Under the pieces are notes generated by a model that ran no database searches, was not told where the DNA came from, and saw only the letters and a list, made by a program, of their open reading frames with translations. Positions 29,801 to 38,927 of a stretch of DNA of 64,000 nt are shown piece after piece. Both the position numbers and the translations under genes were made by a program. The first letter of the stretch is position 1, and each line of letters opens with the position of its first letter. Source of the DNA: a bacterium (GTDB lineage Bacteria; UBA8248; JACPRG01; G963555815); NCBI GenBank assembly GCA_965218795.1, contig OZ244653.1:3584001-3648000 (forward strand). The letters are read 5' to 3'.

Positions 29801-30227
29801 GGAGGACCGGGAGATCCGTCAGGAGGTCCAGTCCATGCTGGAAGGATTCTTTGCATCCGCCGGTTTCCAGGAGAAAATCCAGTCCCACGAAGAATTGGGC
29901 CGGGAGGTTCCCTGCCTTCTATCGCATGAGGCAGGTGAAGGATTTGAACAGGCGGTCGAAGGCCGAGCCGATCTGGTCTTGAGAGATGGGAAAGGGATCC
30001 TCGTCGTGGATTACAAGACGGCTGAAGTGTCCGTCTCGGAAGCGGGATCGAGGGCTTCCGACTTCACGGCACAAGGCGCGCTCTATTGTCGGGCCGTCTC
30101 AGAAGCGTTCGGTGAGGAGCCGGTCCGGTTCGGCGTGGCTTTCCTCAGGCCCGGGGTCATCGAAATATTGCAGAGTGAGGATTTGATCCCAGGTTCCGAC
30201 AAAGCTGTCGAAAAGAGGATCAGGTGA
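26817..30227 (+). CDS. addA: AddA-like UvrD helicase-nuclease
   Basis: AGAGTGKT, LTFTNKAA, DEFQDT, VGDPKQSIY, TVHKAKGLEF, YVAATRA, GRADL..VDYKT. Confidence 0.9.
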   Translation: MKSIPVEAGLRDATEREKAVTTFERNVVVTAGAGTGKTALLTARLLRLLFRRDHPAQPDQCAALTFTNKAAGEMADRLRDYLERIIRWSSAGGPSGESQGVAAGIYRSIVERYGWTEEALGRRAREILRGIEQTPISTYHGFAARLLRRYPLQAGVDPSFQEDDGTVFDERFERDWQAWLADELGERPSRKELWERALDAFHLEELSSLAGKLCSEILPLDELERALRDGSLFEVDEEWLAGILEEAENLIAQFPDIRRKVHKHTEAAFRILQGVRDGKDEAGLLEHLDAIREGSRSKTRDLTDEDYESCRRVIRIAEGLASLDRRALEDALTAVLPFSRKFREDFIRMGYLTFDAQLARARNLLRDHPDVRGELKRRIRHLLLDEFQDTDPIQYEIVFYLAEEPESIAADWREVRLEPGKLFVVGDPKQSIYKFRGADIEAYTALLEDILDEPPMRLSVNFRSHDRLVDVVNGVFGALLQEKEKIQPVYHPAHPRPDAPAALDAQKVEVRVVGPGGGKLWNAEEAAHFEAREIARWIREDLVHVEKIPDAGGRIRAMEYGDIALLFRKTTGIGSYIDALREWSVPYLVESARGFFETQEVTDFLNLLAALAFPEDRLALAGVLRSPLGGLTDKELLEWSQTDGEPAKNSSKAEAVIRRLDHLRKDVQRLPVSEALDRILQRLPVLETAALLAGEQGRSNVLKVRSMALDREGRLGTSFSGLVDWLRSRAREARDEGESPLAEENINAVRLMTVHKAKGLEFPVVVLAGLQAGGRHPKSRVDVRRETSSGAWGLRIDSVQTPRMVRADDRDVDLEGAEERRLFYVAATRARERLVFSVALRHHQGGKPAKAEGFLAHLSEALGLDTRLSQEDAIPAGSGRIARVAVPPPGTDVNAEAAAGPVATPAGFEKAWLDRVERVRKLRGQVAERRPSELDLERRETAEILHQGNADDRAALIGRVAHAALESIDFAAPRNKLEAIVERSLAECRVDPEGKEDREIRQEVQSMLEGFFASAGFQEKIQSHEELGREVPCLLSHEAGEGFEQAVEGRADLVLRDGKGILVVDYKTAEVSVSEAGSRASDFTAQGALYCRAVSEAFGEEPVRFGVAFLRPGVIEILQSEDLIPGSDKAVEKRIR

Positions 30228-30315
30228 TTCGCGTTGATTTTGTCCCTATTTCGATCTTCCTTATGACTCACGACCCGGACTCGTTGGCCGATCTTGGATC
30301 GTTGCGTTGACGGCG

Positions 30316-31389
30316 ATGGAATGGATGGAAGGATACAACGTCAAGGACTTCTCGGAGGCCGACTTTCAGGCGCTTTCGGATTCTCTTGGCGTGCCTGAAT
30401 ATCGGGGCCGGCAGATCGCCTTGTGGGTTTTCCACAGAGGCGCGGTTTCTTTTGATGAAATGAGCGACCTTCCCAAGGGCCTTCGAAAGACGTTGAATGA
30501 AAACTTCGCCATCAGCAGGTTGAATCTCCTTTGCGCCCAAGCCTCCAAAGATGGGACGCAGAAATTTCTTTTTCAAACTTCGGGGAAAAACGAGGTCGAA
30601 TCCGTTCTGATCCCGGACGGAAAGCGCCGGACGCTCTGCATCTCGACACAGGCCGGGTGCCGGATGGGTTGCACCTTTTGCGTGACGGGAACCCTGGGTC
30701 TGATGGCCCAGCTATCGGCCGCCGATATCGCGGATCAGTTCCTCGAAGCGGGGAGGCGATCAGCCGAATCGATCTCCCACGTCGTGCTCATGGGGATGGG
30801 CGAACCGCTGGACAACTATGACAACGTCGCCCGGGCCATACGGACGCTGACGCATCCGGAATGGGTCGGGCTGTCCCCCCGGAAGATCACCCTTTCGACC
30901 TGCGGGCTGGCGCCGGCTCTGAGCCGCTTCAAGACGGAGTTCCCGAAGGTTCGCGTGGCCGTGTCGCTGGGGGCCCCGGACGATGAACGGCGCGACCGCC
31001 TCATTCCGGTCAACCGGCGATATCCTCTGAAAGCGCTGATGGAGACCTGCCGAAAACTCCCGCTACAGCCGCGCGAGCGGATCACCTTCGAGTATACCCT
31101 GATGAAAGAGCTCAACGATTCGGAGAAGGACGCGCGGCGTCTGGCCCGGCTCGTCCACGGGATCCGGTGCAAGGTGAATCTTCTCCCGTTCAACCCGTCT
31201 CCGCTTTTGAGCTTTGAACGGCCGACGGACGAGACCGTAGACCGGTTTGCGCGGGTGCTCCTCTCCAAGGGCCTGACGGTGACGGTCCGCAAGAGCCGGG
31301 GGCTGGATATCGATGCGGCCTGCGGGCTTTTGGCGGCGCGCCCGCCGGTTCAACCCGTCGCCGCGCACAGCGTCGAATCCGCCGATTGA
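30316..31389 (+). CDS. rlmN: 23S rRNA m2A2503 methyltransferase RlmN (start uncertain, 30307-30325)
   Basis: CISTQAGCRMGCTFC, MGMGEPL, DIDAACG. Confidence 0.96.
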   Translation: MEWMEGYNVKDFSEADFQALSDSLGVPEYRGRQIALWVFHRGAVSFDEMSDLPKGLRKTLNENFAISRLNLLCAQASKDGTQKFLFQTSGKNEVESVLIPDGKRRTLCISTQAGCRMGCTFCVTGTLGLMAQLSAADIADQFLEAGRRSAESISHVVLMGMGEPLDNYDNVARAIRTLTHPEWVGLSPRKITLSTCGLAPALSRFKTEFPKVRVAVSLGAPDDERRDRLIPVNRRYPLKALMETCRKLPLQPRERITFEYTLMKELNDSEKDARRLARLVHGIRCKVNLLPFNPSPLLSFERPTDETVDRFARVLLSKGLTVTVRKSRGLDIDAACGLLAARPPVQPVAAHSVESAD

Positions 31390-31471
31390 ATATCGGAATT
31401 CCGGGGGTTTTTTCCAAGACGCCCCCAGACCCTCGGTAGGGCGGGCTACCAGCCCTCCTTTCCGGTGAATG

Positions 31472-31519
31472 AAAGTTTTTGAGGGGGGTTTGAGGGGACA
31501 ATTTTCAAAATGCCCTCCC
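31472..31519. repeat. Intergenic palindromic repeat, family B
   Basis: AAAGTTTTTGAGGGGG..GGGGACAATTTTCAAAATGCCCTCCC; related copy at 49772-49824. Confidence 0.7.
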
Positions 31520-31645
31520 AGTTTACGCGCTTGCATGCCTGCTCATCAAGCTGTCGCATGGACGCGCGCCACAGAAGGCCATGATTCTGAGAAAGATTCT
31601 CATTCGCGAAATAGCCGGCGCGCAAATGCCCAAAAAGGCCCCAAA

Positions 31646-31674
31646 TTGACAGGTGTTGGACCGTGCGATAAATT
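31646..31674 (+). promoter_or_regulatory. Sigma70 promoter of coaD-aspC
   Basis: TTGACA-N17-TAAATT. Confidence 0.65.
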
Positions 31675-31707
31675 GATCTCCTTTTCCGAGTCTCATCGAG
31701 GGAATTC

Positions 31708-32199
31708 ATGAACAAGTGCGTGATTTATCCCGGTACGTTCGATCCCTTGACGAACGGCCATTTGGACATTGTCGTCCGGGTTCACAGCCTGTTCGAACGG
31801 GTCGTGGTGGCGGTTGCCGACAACCCTTCGAAAGCGCCCATGTTCCCGATCCCGGAGCGCCTGGATCTCATCCGGGAGGCCGTGGCCGATTTGCCGAACG
31901 TGGAGGTGGATACCTTTGAGGGGCTTTTGGTGGAATACGCCACAAAAAAATCATCGAAGGTGATCATCCGGGGTCTTCGGGCGGTCTCCGACTTCGAGTA
32001 TGAGCTTCAGATGGCCCTGATGAACCGATGGCTGAACCATGAAATCGAAACCTTCTTCATGGCGCCGAGCGCTGAATTTTCCTTTCTCAGCAGCGGGTTG
32101 GTTAAAGAGGTGGCCTCCTATGGAGGTGAAGTGCGAAATCTCGTCCCCGATTGCGTGGGCGATGCCCTGGAGAGGAAAATTTCGGGGGGCTCGAAGTAG
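31708..32199 (+). CDS. coaD: Phosphopantetheine adenylyltransferase
   Basis: YPGTFDPLTNGH, RGLRAVSDFEYE. Confidence 0.97.
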   Translation: MNKCVIYPGTFDPLTNGHLDIVVRVHSLFERVVVAVADNPSKAPMFPIPERLDLIREAVADLPNVEVDTFEGLLVEYATKKSSKVIIRGLRAVSDFEYELQMALMNRWLNHEIETFFMAPSAEFSFLSSGLVKEVASYGGEVRNLVPDCVGDALERKISGGSK

Positions 32200-32232
32200 C
32201 GCAGGGGCCGCGGCGGCCCAAGGGTTGAATCG

Positions 32233-33468
32233 ATGAACGCGAAATCAGGAGCGGGTGAGCGGGCTGCTCGTAATTTCAGGCTGTCCGAGCGCATCGGCGC
32301 GGTGAAGCCTTCCGCCACCCTTGCGATCACCGCGATGGCTCGGGATCTGCGCGCCCAAGGGGTGGACGTCATCGGTTTCGGGGCGGGCGAGCCGGATTTC
32401 GACACCCCCGAAGCCATTGTCCACGCCGCGGTGGAGGCGCTCCAGGAGGGGTTTACCCGATACACCGCCTCGAGCGGGATCCCTGAGCTCCGGGCGGCCA
32501 TCGCCAGAAAGCTCGAGCGGGACAACAACGCGATCTATCAGCCTGAGGAAATCGTCGTTACGGTCGGCGCCAAACAGGCGCTCTATTCCATCTTTCAGAT
32601 CCTGTTGGACCCCGGCGACGAGGTCATTGTGCCGGCGCCGTATTGGGTGTCCTATGTGGATCTCCCCGCCCTCGCGCACGGGACGCCCATCGTCTGTCCC
32701 CTGGATGAAGAGAACGGTTTCGACCTGGACCCGGACGGGATCGAGCGGTGCCTCAGCCCGGCGACCCGCGCGGTGATCGTCAATTCGCCTTCCAATCCGA
32801 CGGGCGCGGTGTACTCGCGCGGTGCCGTGGAAGCCGTGATGGAGCTGGCCATCAAGCACGGGCTCCTCGTCATCACGGACGAGATCTACGAAAAGATCGT
32901 CTACGGGGGTGCGGAGGCCCTTTGCCCTGCCGGATTGGGCAATGACGCGTGGGAACACACCCTGGTGGTCAACGGTTTCTCGAAGGCCTATGCCATGACC
33001 GGCTGGCGGCTGGGATTCGTGGCCGGTCCCCGGGCCGTCATCGACGCGATCGGCAAGTTTCAGACCCAGGGCACGAACAACCCGACCTCCTTTGTCCAGA
33101 AGGCCGCGGTCGTGGCCATGGACAGCCCGGACGAAGTGTTCGCCCCCATGGTGGAAGAGTTCCGGAAGCGGCGGGATTACATGGTCGGCGAGTTCAACAA
33201 GATGGACGGCGTCTCCTGTTTCGTCCCCCAGGGCGCATTCTACGCCTTCCCGAACGTGGGCGGGCTCTTCGGCAGGAGCTCTTCCTCCGGCCCGATCGAA
33301 TCCTCGGCCCAACTTTGTGAATACCTGCTGGAGGAGGGAAAGATCGCCGTCGTACCAGGCAGCGCCTTCGGCGCCGAGGGTTTCGTCCGGTTCTCCTACG
33401 CCACCTCCATGGAAAACATCCGAGACGGGATGGAGCGGATGGCCGACGCCATTTCCAAGCTCAAGTAG
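32233..33468 (+). CDS. aspC: PLP-dependent aspartate aminotransferase (class I/II)
   Basis: GEPDFDTP, NSPSNPTG, DEIY, SKAYAMTGWRLG. Confidence 0.9.
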   Translation: MNAKSGAGERAARNFRLSERIGAVKPSATLAITAMARDLRAQGVDVIGFGAGEPDFDTPEAIVHAAVEALQEGFTRYTASSGIPELRAAIARKLERDNNAIYQPEEIVVTVGAKQALYSIFQILLDPGDEVIVPAPYWVSYVDLPALAHGTPIVCPLDEENGFDLDPDGIERCLSPATRAVIVNSPSNPTGAVYSRGAVEAVMELAIKHGLLVITDEIYEKIVYGGAEALCPAGLGNDAWEHTLVVNGFSKAYAMTGWRLGFVAGPRAVIDAIGKFQTQGTNNPTSFVQKAAVVAMDSPDEVFAPMVEEFRKRRDYMVGEFNKMDGVSCFVPQGAFYAFPNVGGLFGRSSSSGPIESSAQLCEYLLEEGKIAVVPGSAFGAEGFVRFSYATSMENIRDGMERMADAISKLK

Positions 33469-33490
33469 CGTCCCCGGCGGGAGACCCTCC

Positions 33491-33679
33491 GTGGCCACGG
33501 TCCTCTACCTCATCGGCCGAATGCTCCAGCTTTTGGGTCTGGTCTACCTGGCCTGGGCCGTTTATCAGGGCATCGCCCTCGAACACGGCGGCATGGCCCA
33601 GGAATACAAGTGGTTCGGAATCGGGATCGGTGTCTTCTTCGTCGGCCGGCTGATGGAGCGGCGCTGGGGAACCAAATGA
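33491..33679 (+). CDS. Small two-TM membrane protein
   Basis: GTG start after GGAG; two hydrophobic segments; stop overlaps the next ATG. Confidence 0.7.
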   Translation: MATVLYLIGRMLQLLGLVYLAWAVYQGIALEHGGMAQEYKWFGIGIGVFFVGRLMERRWGTK

Positions 33680-34872
33680 GCGCCTCCCGGCGTGACGTCA
33701 TCGTGGTCGGCGCCGGGCCCGCGGGTTCGACCGCGGCCAGACGACTGGCCCTCGCGGGCCGGGACGTCCTCCTGCTCGAGAAATTCGAGCTGGGCCGGCG
33801 AAAGTCCTGCGCGGGCGGCATCAGCCCCCGCGCCGCAAACGCCCTCGATTTCCCCATCGATTCCGTCGTCGAGCACCGGGTTTCCGCTTACACATTCTCT
33901 TACCGGGCCCGGGCTTTCCACGCCCCTGAATCAGTCGATGTGAACATTTCGATGGTTAGACGCTCCCGCTTCGACCGGCTGCTCGCCGAGAAGGCGGCTG
34001 AGGCGGGCGCGGAGGTCCGCCCCCGGTGTCCCGTGGAGGAGGTGCGGGAGGAAGGCGGGGGCGTCGCCGTTCGAACGGGGGACAAATGGCATCGGGCCTC
34101 GGCGCTGATCGGGGCCGACGGCGCGACCGGGGTCGTCGGCCGCTTGCTGAACTTGGCCCGAAACGTGCGGCGGGGCGCGGCCGTCGAGGGAGAAGTCCGG
34201 GTCCCCGCGCTCCAGCTTCTCACAGCGCAGGGATCCATCCAGTTCGATATGGGGGCCCTGCCCGGCGGGTATCGGTGGATCTTTCCGAAAGGCGATCACC
34301 TCAACGTCGGGTCGTGCACGACGCAGGAAAAGGTGAGGACCGTCAAGCCCTCCTGCCTCGAATTTCTGGAGCTTCATCCCGTTTTGAGGGAGTATTCCGA
34401 CCTCACGATGACGGGGGCGCCCCTTCCCTGCCTGAATGCCCCCTGCGCGCTCAACACCCGTCGGGCGGTGGTGTGCGGGGATGCGGCGGGACTGGTGGAT
34501 CCTCTGACGGCCGAAGGGATCCAGTACGCCATCGAGAGCGGCGTCCTGGCGGCCGAGACGGTGGACGGGTTCCTCCGCGGCGGCCAATCCCTGGACGTAT
34601 ATACCGAACGGGTGATCCGCACGGCGTTCGTCGAGATCTCCATCGCGGAGAAGTTCGCGCGCCTGCTCTTGAACCACCCTTACGCGAGCTTCCAGGTGGG
34701 GGTGCGCAATCCGAAGGTCAACGCCCTGTTCGCCGACGTGGTCTCCGGACGCAAGAGCTACCCGGAGATCTACGGCGAGATCAAACGGCGATTCTCCCGC
34801 CGGTTTCGTTTCGCGCGGTTCCTTCTTTCCGCCCGGTTTTATGGATCACCGCATTCATCAGCGATCCGGTGA
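33676..34872 (+). CDS. Geranylgeranyl reductase-family FAD oxidoreductase
   Basis: VVGAGPAG, KSCAGG, RSRFD, GADG, YRWIFPKG, GDAAGLVDPLTAEGI. Confidence 0.9.
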   Translation: MSASRRDVIVVGAGPAGSTAARRLALAGRDVLLLEKFELGRRKSCAGGISPRAANALDFPIDSVVEHRVSAYTFSYRARAFHAPESVDVNISMVRRSRFDRLLAEKAAEAGAEVRPRCPVEEVREEGGGVAVRTGDKWHRASALIGADGATGVVGRLLNLARNVRRGAAVEGEVRVPALQLLTAQGSIQFDMGALPGGYRWIFPKGDHLNVGSCTTQEKVRTVKPSCLEFLELHPVLREYSDLTMTGAPLPCLNAPCALNTRRAVVCGDAAGLVDPLTAEGIQYAIESGVLAAETVDGFLRGGQSLDVYTERVIRTAFVEISIAEKFARLLLNHPYASFQVGVRNPKVNALFADVVSGRKSYPEIYGEIKRRFSRRFRFARFLLSARFYGSPHSSAIR

Positions 34873-34995
34873 ACCTCTATTCCTTTGGGGGACATTTCGG
34901 GCGCTTGCGCGCCCGGCATTTCGCGGAGGCGCGTTGCCTCCCAAAAGGCCCCAAAATTCTTTGGCGTTCTTGATTCATGCCATAATGAATTCGTC

Positions 34996-36111
34996 ATGCG
35001 GATTTCGTACTTGAGTCATTTTTCTTGTCCGACCTCACGGGCGAAGAAGGCGGGGCGCTGCGGAGGCCGGCTCGCCGTCCAGCCGGGCGAGATCCCCACG
35101 CGGCTTGCGGACAGCGACGAAGACGAACTCCTCGAAGGCAACGTGATGTGCGAGCGTTGCGACGCCTGGTATCCGGTTTTGGGAGGCGTCCTGGTCCTTA
35201 CGCCCAGGGCGAGGCTGTATCTGGGCGCACGGTATTCATCGATGATGGGGTTCGCGGGCGTCCATGCCTGCCTCTCGGATAACGCCCGCCAATGGCTTCT
35301 CGATCAGCACTTCGACCTCTACGAAGTGTCGAAAAAGCAGGACACGGTCGATTCCAATTCGGCCCTGCATTACGAGAATCTCTTGGACCTGATGGAGCGC
35401 GCGCCTCTCCCGAAGAGTTTTCGGGCTTTCCTGGAAGCGTGGGACGGAAAGTCGCCCTATGACCTATTGTCGGCGATGGGCCTCGAACACCAAATGGTCC
35501 GGGAGAAGGAGTTCGAGCGAAGCTTCAACGGACTCGCGGTGGATGCGGGGTGCGGGGCCGGGGGGCTGGTGCGCCGGCTGGCCGACCACTTCGAACGGGT
35601 CATCGGGGTGGACCTTTCCTTCAGTTCCGTCCTGATGGCGCGCTCGATCCTGCTTCATCAGCCGAGACCCTGCAATCAGCATTTCATCCGCACGGAGCGG
35701 GACGCCTTTCAGTCCCGCGACCTGGACCACGCCCGCCGCTCCAATGTCGAGCTGGCGGTCGGGGACGTCACGGTCCTTCCGTTCGGCGACGAGGCGGCCG
35801 ATGCGGTGGCGAGCGCGAACATCGTGGATATCGTTCACCCGCGTACCCCGCTCTGGGAGGCCGCCCGGGTGATTCGGAGGGGCGGTCAGCTGCTGTTTAC
35901 GGATCCCTTCAAGATTGCGGCGGGGATGTATTCGGCCACGTCCCGTCGTCCATTGGAGGACGCCAAGAAATACCTGGCCTCGCTGGGCCTACAGCCAGTG
36001 GAAGAGCACGACTACGTGCCGTGGGTCTGGTATCGCTACAAGCGCCACGTGCAGATCTATTTCAACTACTGCGGGGCGTTTCGGAAGGGGGAGAAGCCGG
36101 AGGAGCCTTGA
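34996..36111 (+). CDS. Class I SAM methyltransferase with an N-terminal Trm112-like Cys domain
   Basis: FSCP..CGGRL..EGNVMCERCDAWYPVLGGV; VDAGCGAG, GVDLS, GDVTVLPF. Confidence 0.8.
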   Translation: MRISYLSHFSCPTSRAKKAGRCGGRLAVQPGEIPTRLADSDEDELLEGNVMCERCDAWYPVLGGVLVLTPRARLYLGARYSSMMGFAGVHACLSDNARQWLLDQHFDLYEVSKKQDTVDSNSALHYENLLDLMERAPLPKSFRAFLEAWDGKSPYDLLSAMGLEHQMVREKEFERSFNGLAVDAGCGAGGLVRRLADHFERVIGVDLSFSSVLMARSILLHQPRPCNQHFIRTERDAFQSRDLDHARRSNVELAVGDVTVLPFGDEAADAVASANIVDIVHPRTPLWEAARVIRRGGQLLFTDPFKIAAGMYSATSRRPLEDAKKYLASLGLQPVEEHDYVPWVWYRYKRHVQIYFNYCGAFRKGEKPEEP

Positions 36112-36178
36112 AGGATCGTTTCAGGGAGCCATTTCAAGCGCGCATGCGCCACCAAAAGCCTCCAGGGAACTTCTTGCA

Positions 36179-36345
36179 AACACCTGGATACTTCAGCCGG
36201 GTTTCCTTGTTTTCCATCAGGTCGGCGGACTGGCCTTCGTAGCGGATTCGGCCTTTCTCGATGAGGCAGGCCCGCTGGATGATGCCCAGGGCCAGTCCTC
36301 GTGTTTTGCTCCAACTCAGGACGAACGGGGCCAATCGATGTTTTT
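36179..36345 (-). pseudogene. Remnant of a LivF-type ABC ATPase C-terminus
   Basis: EQNTR and LALGIIQRACLIEKGRIRYEGQSADLMENKETRLKY.GV lie in different frames; no N-terminus. Confidence 0.7.
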
Positions 36346-36440
36346 CTATCGATTGATAACAGTTTGAAATCATGACCCGAACCGCGGCGGAACTCAGATC
36401 AGGCGCCTGTGGTTCAAGACGAGCCGAACAAAAGGTTGGG

Positions 36441-36469
36441 TTGAAATTTGGTTCTCCGCGTATTAAATT
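36441..36469 (+). promoter_or_regulatory. Sigma70 promoter of ilvE
   Basis: TTGAAA-N17-TAAATT. Confidence 0.55.
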
Positions 36470-36538
36470 CACTCGGTTAGATGGAATCCAGAGGATTTGC
36501 GGGTCGCCCCTTTCCAACAAAAATCAGGCATTCAGCGA

Positions 36539-37450
36539 ATGGAGCCAGCCAAAGAAATCTGGATGGACGGTCAGTTTGTGGATTGGGACGACGCGAAGAT
36601 TCACGTCCTGACCCATACGCTCCACTACGGCCTGGGGGTCTTTGAAGGGATTCGGTGTTACCAGACCTCGAAGGGCTCGGCGGTATTCCGTTTGACCGAA
36701 CACATGGATCGGCTCTATCGTTCGGCCCACATCGTCGGGATGGAGCCGAACGTCCCTAAAGAGGATGCGCACCAGGCGACGCTGGACCTGATCCGGCGGA
36801 ACGGGCTCAATGCCTGTTACATCCGACCCATCATGTTCCTGGGTTACGGAACGATGGGCGTCAGCAACCTCAACGCACCGGTGCATTCAGCCATCGCGAT
36901 CTGGGACTGGGGCGCTTATCTCGGAGAGGATGGTCTGGCGAACGGGATTCGGGTCAAGATTTCCTCCTTCACGAGCCACCACGTCAACAGCTACATGACG
37001 AAATCGAAAACGTGCGCCAACTATGCCGTCTCCCAAATGGCCAAGATGGAAGCCGTCCGGAACGGTTACGATGAAGCCATCATGCTGGACGCGGAGGGAA
37101 CGGTCGCCCAGGGGTCGGGCGAGAACATCTTCATCGTACGGAACGGGATGCTCAAGACGCCCCCCCTCGTGGGTGTGCTCGAAGGGATCACGCGTGATGC
37201 GGTCATTCAGTTGGCGGATGCTCATGGCCTGGAGACGAAAGAGGAGGCGTTCGCCAGAGACGAGCTCTACATTGCGGATGAAGCCTTCTTCACCGGAACG
37301 GCGGCCGAGATCACCCCGATTCGCGAGGTCGACAACCGACGGATCGGGTCCGGGCAGCCGGGGCGGGTGACGAAGACGTTACAGGATTCCTTCTTCCGGG
37401 CCGTTCGGGGGGAGGATGAGGCTTATGAGAAATGGCTGACCTTCGTATGA
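36539..37450 (+). CDS. ilvE: Branched-chain amino acid aminotransferase
   Basis: [35 protein letters not shown]. Confidence 0.96.
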   Translation: MEPAKEIWMDGQFVDWDDAKIHVLTHTLHYGLGVFEGIRCYQTSKGSAVFRLTEHMDRLYRSAHIVGMEPNVPKEDAHQATLDLIRRNGLNACYIRPIMFLGYGTMGVSNLNAPVHSAIAIWDWGAYLGEDGLANGIRVKISSFTSHHVNSYMTKSKTCANYAVSQMAKMEAVRNGYDEAIMLDAEGTVAQGSGENIFIVRNGMLKTPPLVGVLEGITRDAVIQLADAHGLETKEEAFARDELYIADEAFFTGTAAEITPIREVDNRRIGSGQPGRVTKTLQDSFFRAVRGEDEAYEKWLTFV

Positions 37451-37524
37451 AAAGGCGCCTTGACGGTTTTCAGGCTCGGAAGATGAGGTCTGTTCATTTT
37501 CCGAAGCGTTGGAGGTGAAAGAAA

Positions 37525-37863
37525 GTGCCCATCTATGAGTACTCATGCTTGGAATGCGGGCATGAATTTGAAAAGCTGCAGCAGGTTTCCGATTCGCCGG
37601 TCCGCAAGTGTCCCTCCTGCGGCCTCCTGAAGGCCCGCCGGATGATCTCGCGGACATCGTTTGTTCTGAAGGGGGACGGCTGGTACGTGACGGATTACCC
37701 CTCCAAGGATCGAAAGGCCGCGATGAAGTCCGAGTCCGGCGCCGGCAGCAACGGGGACGCCGCGAAATCCTCCGAGAAGGCCACCGCCGTCAAATCAGGC
37801 GGGTCCGACACAAAGTCTCCGACGAAGACCAAAAAGACCAAGTCCGAATCCAAGACCTCCTGA
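37525..37863 (+). CDS. FmdB-family zinc-ribbon protein
   Basis: PIYEYSCLECG..CPSCG..FVLKGDGWYVTDY; low-complexity tail. Confidence 0.9.
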   Translation: MPIYEYSCLECGHEFEKLQQVSDSPVRKCPSCGLLKARRMISRTSFVLKGDGWYVTDYPSKDRKAAMKSESGAGSNGDAAKSSEKATAVKSGGSDTKSPTKTKKTKSESKTS

Positions 37864-38058
37864 GCGTCTATCCGCCCCCCGGGCCTGAAGTTTTCCTTGG
37901 TCCTGTGAACGAATTTTTGCTTGATTTCCATCGGGCCGACTGATACCATTCATCTACTCATCACCTATCCTCCTGGGGTGAATCTCGTCCAAGCGACCCA
38001 TTTTGTAGAGGGGTCCGGTGCCCGTTTTCAGACGGCACGGAATGAGAGAACTGTTGCC

Positions 38059-38703
38059 TTGAGTTCCCCTGTTGCTGAGCGCATCCTGATATCGGATCCC
38101 GACGAGGGTTCCCGCGCCGCAATTGAAGAGGCATCCAAGCTCCTCGATGTATCCCCCCACACGTGTGAAAACGGAGCCGGTCCCGACGAGTTGAGGGGGC
38201 AACGTTATCTCCTGGCCTTTGCCGCCTTCCCGAACGATGCCTTTTTCGTCAATGCAGGATTTCGCGCGGGCCTGTCCAGGCTCGTTGTCTTAACGACCCC
38301 CGCGGCCAAGTCGAAGGGGTTCGAAACCGTCGGCGCCGACGCTTTCGGTTTTCTCACCAAGCCTTTTCAGCCGGAAGAGGCGTGCGCGCTCATTCGTCGC
38401 GCGCTGGAGCTGAAAAAAGTGCAGCGGGAGTTGAACCGGCTGCGTTCTTTGGAGAGCCTGTCGGAAGCCATGATGGACAGGCTTCGAAATGTCGTCCGCA
38501 AGTCCGACCCCTCGAAGAAGGGGGATGTGTTTGATTTTGTGAAAAGGTGCGTGGAGAAGCCTTTGTTGAAGATGGTTCTCGAAGAGACCGGTGGAAATCG
38601 TCTCAAGGCCGCCAATGTTCTGGGAATCAACCGAAACACCCTCCGCACCCGGTTGCGGGAGTTGAGAATCGAGCCCCATCGTCTGTCCCGGTCCAACAAG
38701 TAA
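38059..38703 (+). CDS. Fis-type HTH regulator with a degenerate receiver-like N-terminus (start uncertain)
   Basis: ILISDPD..GADAFGFLTKPF; VEKPLL..TGGNRLKAANVLGINRNTLR. Confidence 0.75.
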   Translation: MSSPVAERILISDPDEGSRAAIEEASKLLDVSPHTCENGAGPDELRGQRYLLAFAAFPNDAFFVNAGFRAGLSRLVVLTTPAAKSKGFETVGADAFGFLTKPFQPEEACALIRRALELKKVQRELNRLRSLESLSEAMMDRLRNVVRKSDPSKKGDVFDFVKRCVEKPLLKMVLEETGGNRLKAANVLGINRNTLRTRLRELRIEPHRLSRSNK

Positions 38704-38927
38704 CCGGATCATCGTTGAAATTCGTCCGATTGGCCCGGCCTGGATGTTCCGGTCCGTCCGGTTGCTCCTTCAGGGTGCCGCTTCACGATCATCCGATTCT
38801 GCTTTTTGCTGTTTTTTTGTCCGAATCGACTGAAATAATGATGCGAAAGGCCTGGATTTTTCTGGTCCCTGAGGATCACCGTCCGGATGGACGAAGGCGT
38901 TACCCGAGTCGAGGGTGAGATTCAACC

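Noticed and set aside
23557-30227. Helicase-nuclease pair as a new defence system
   Set aside because: Architecture and housekeeping context fit ordinary AddAB
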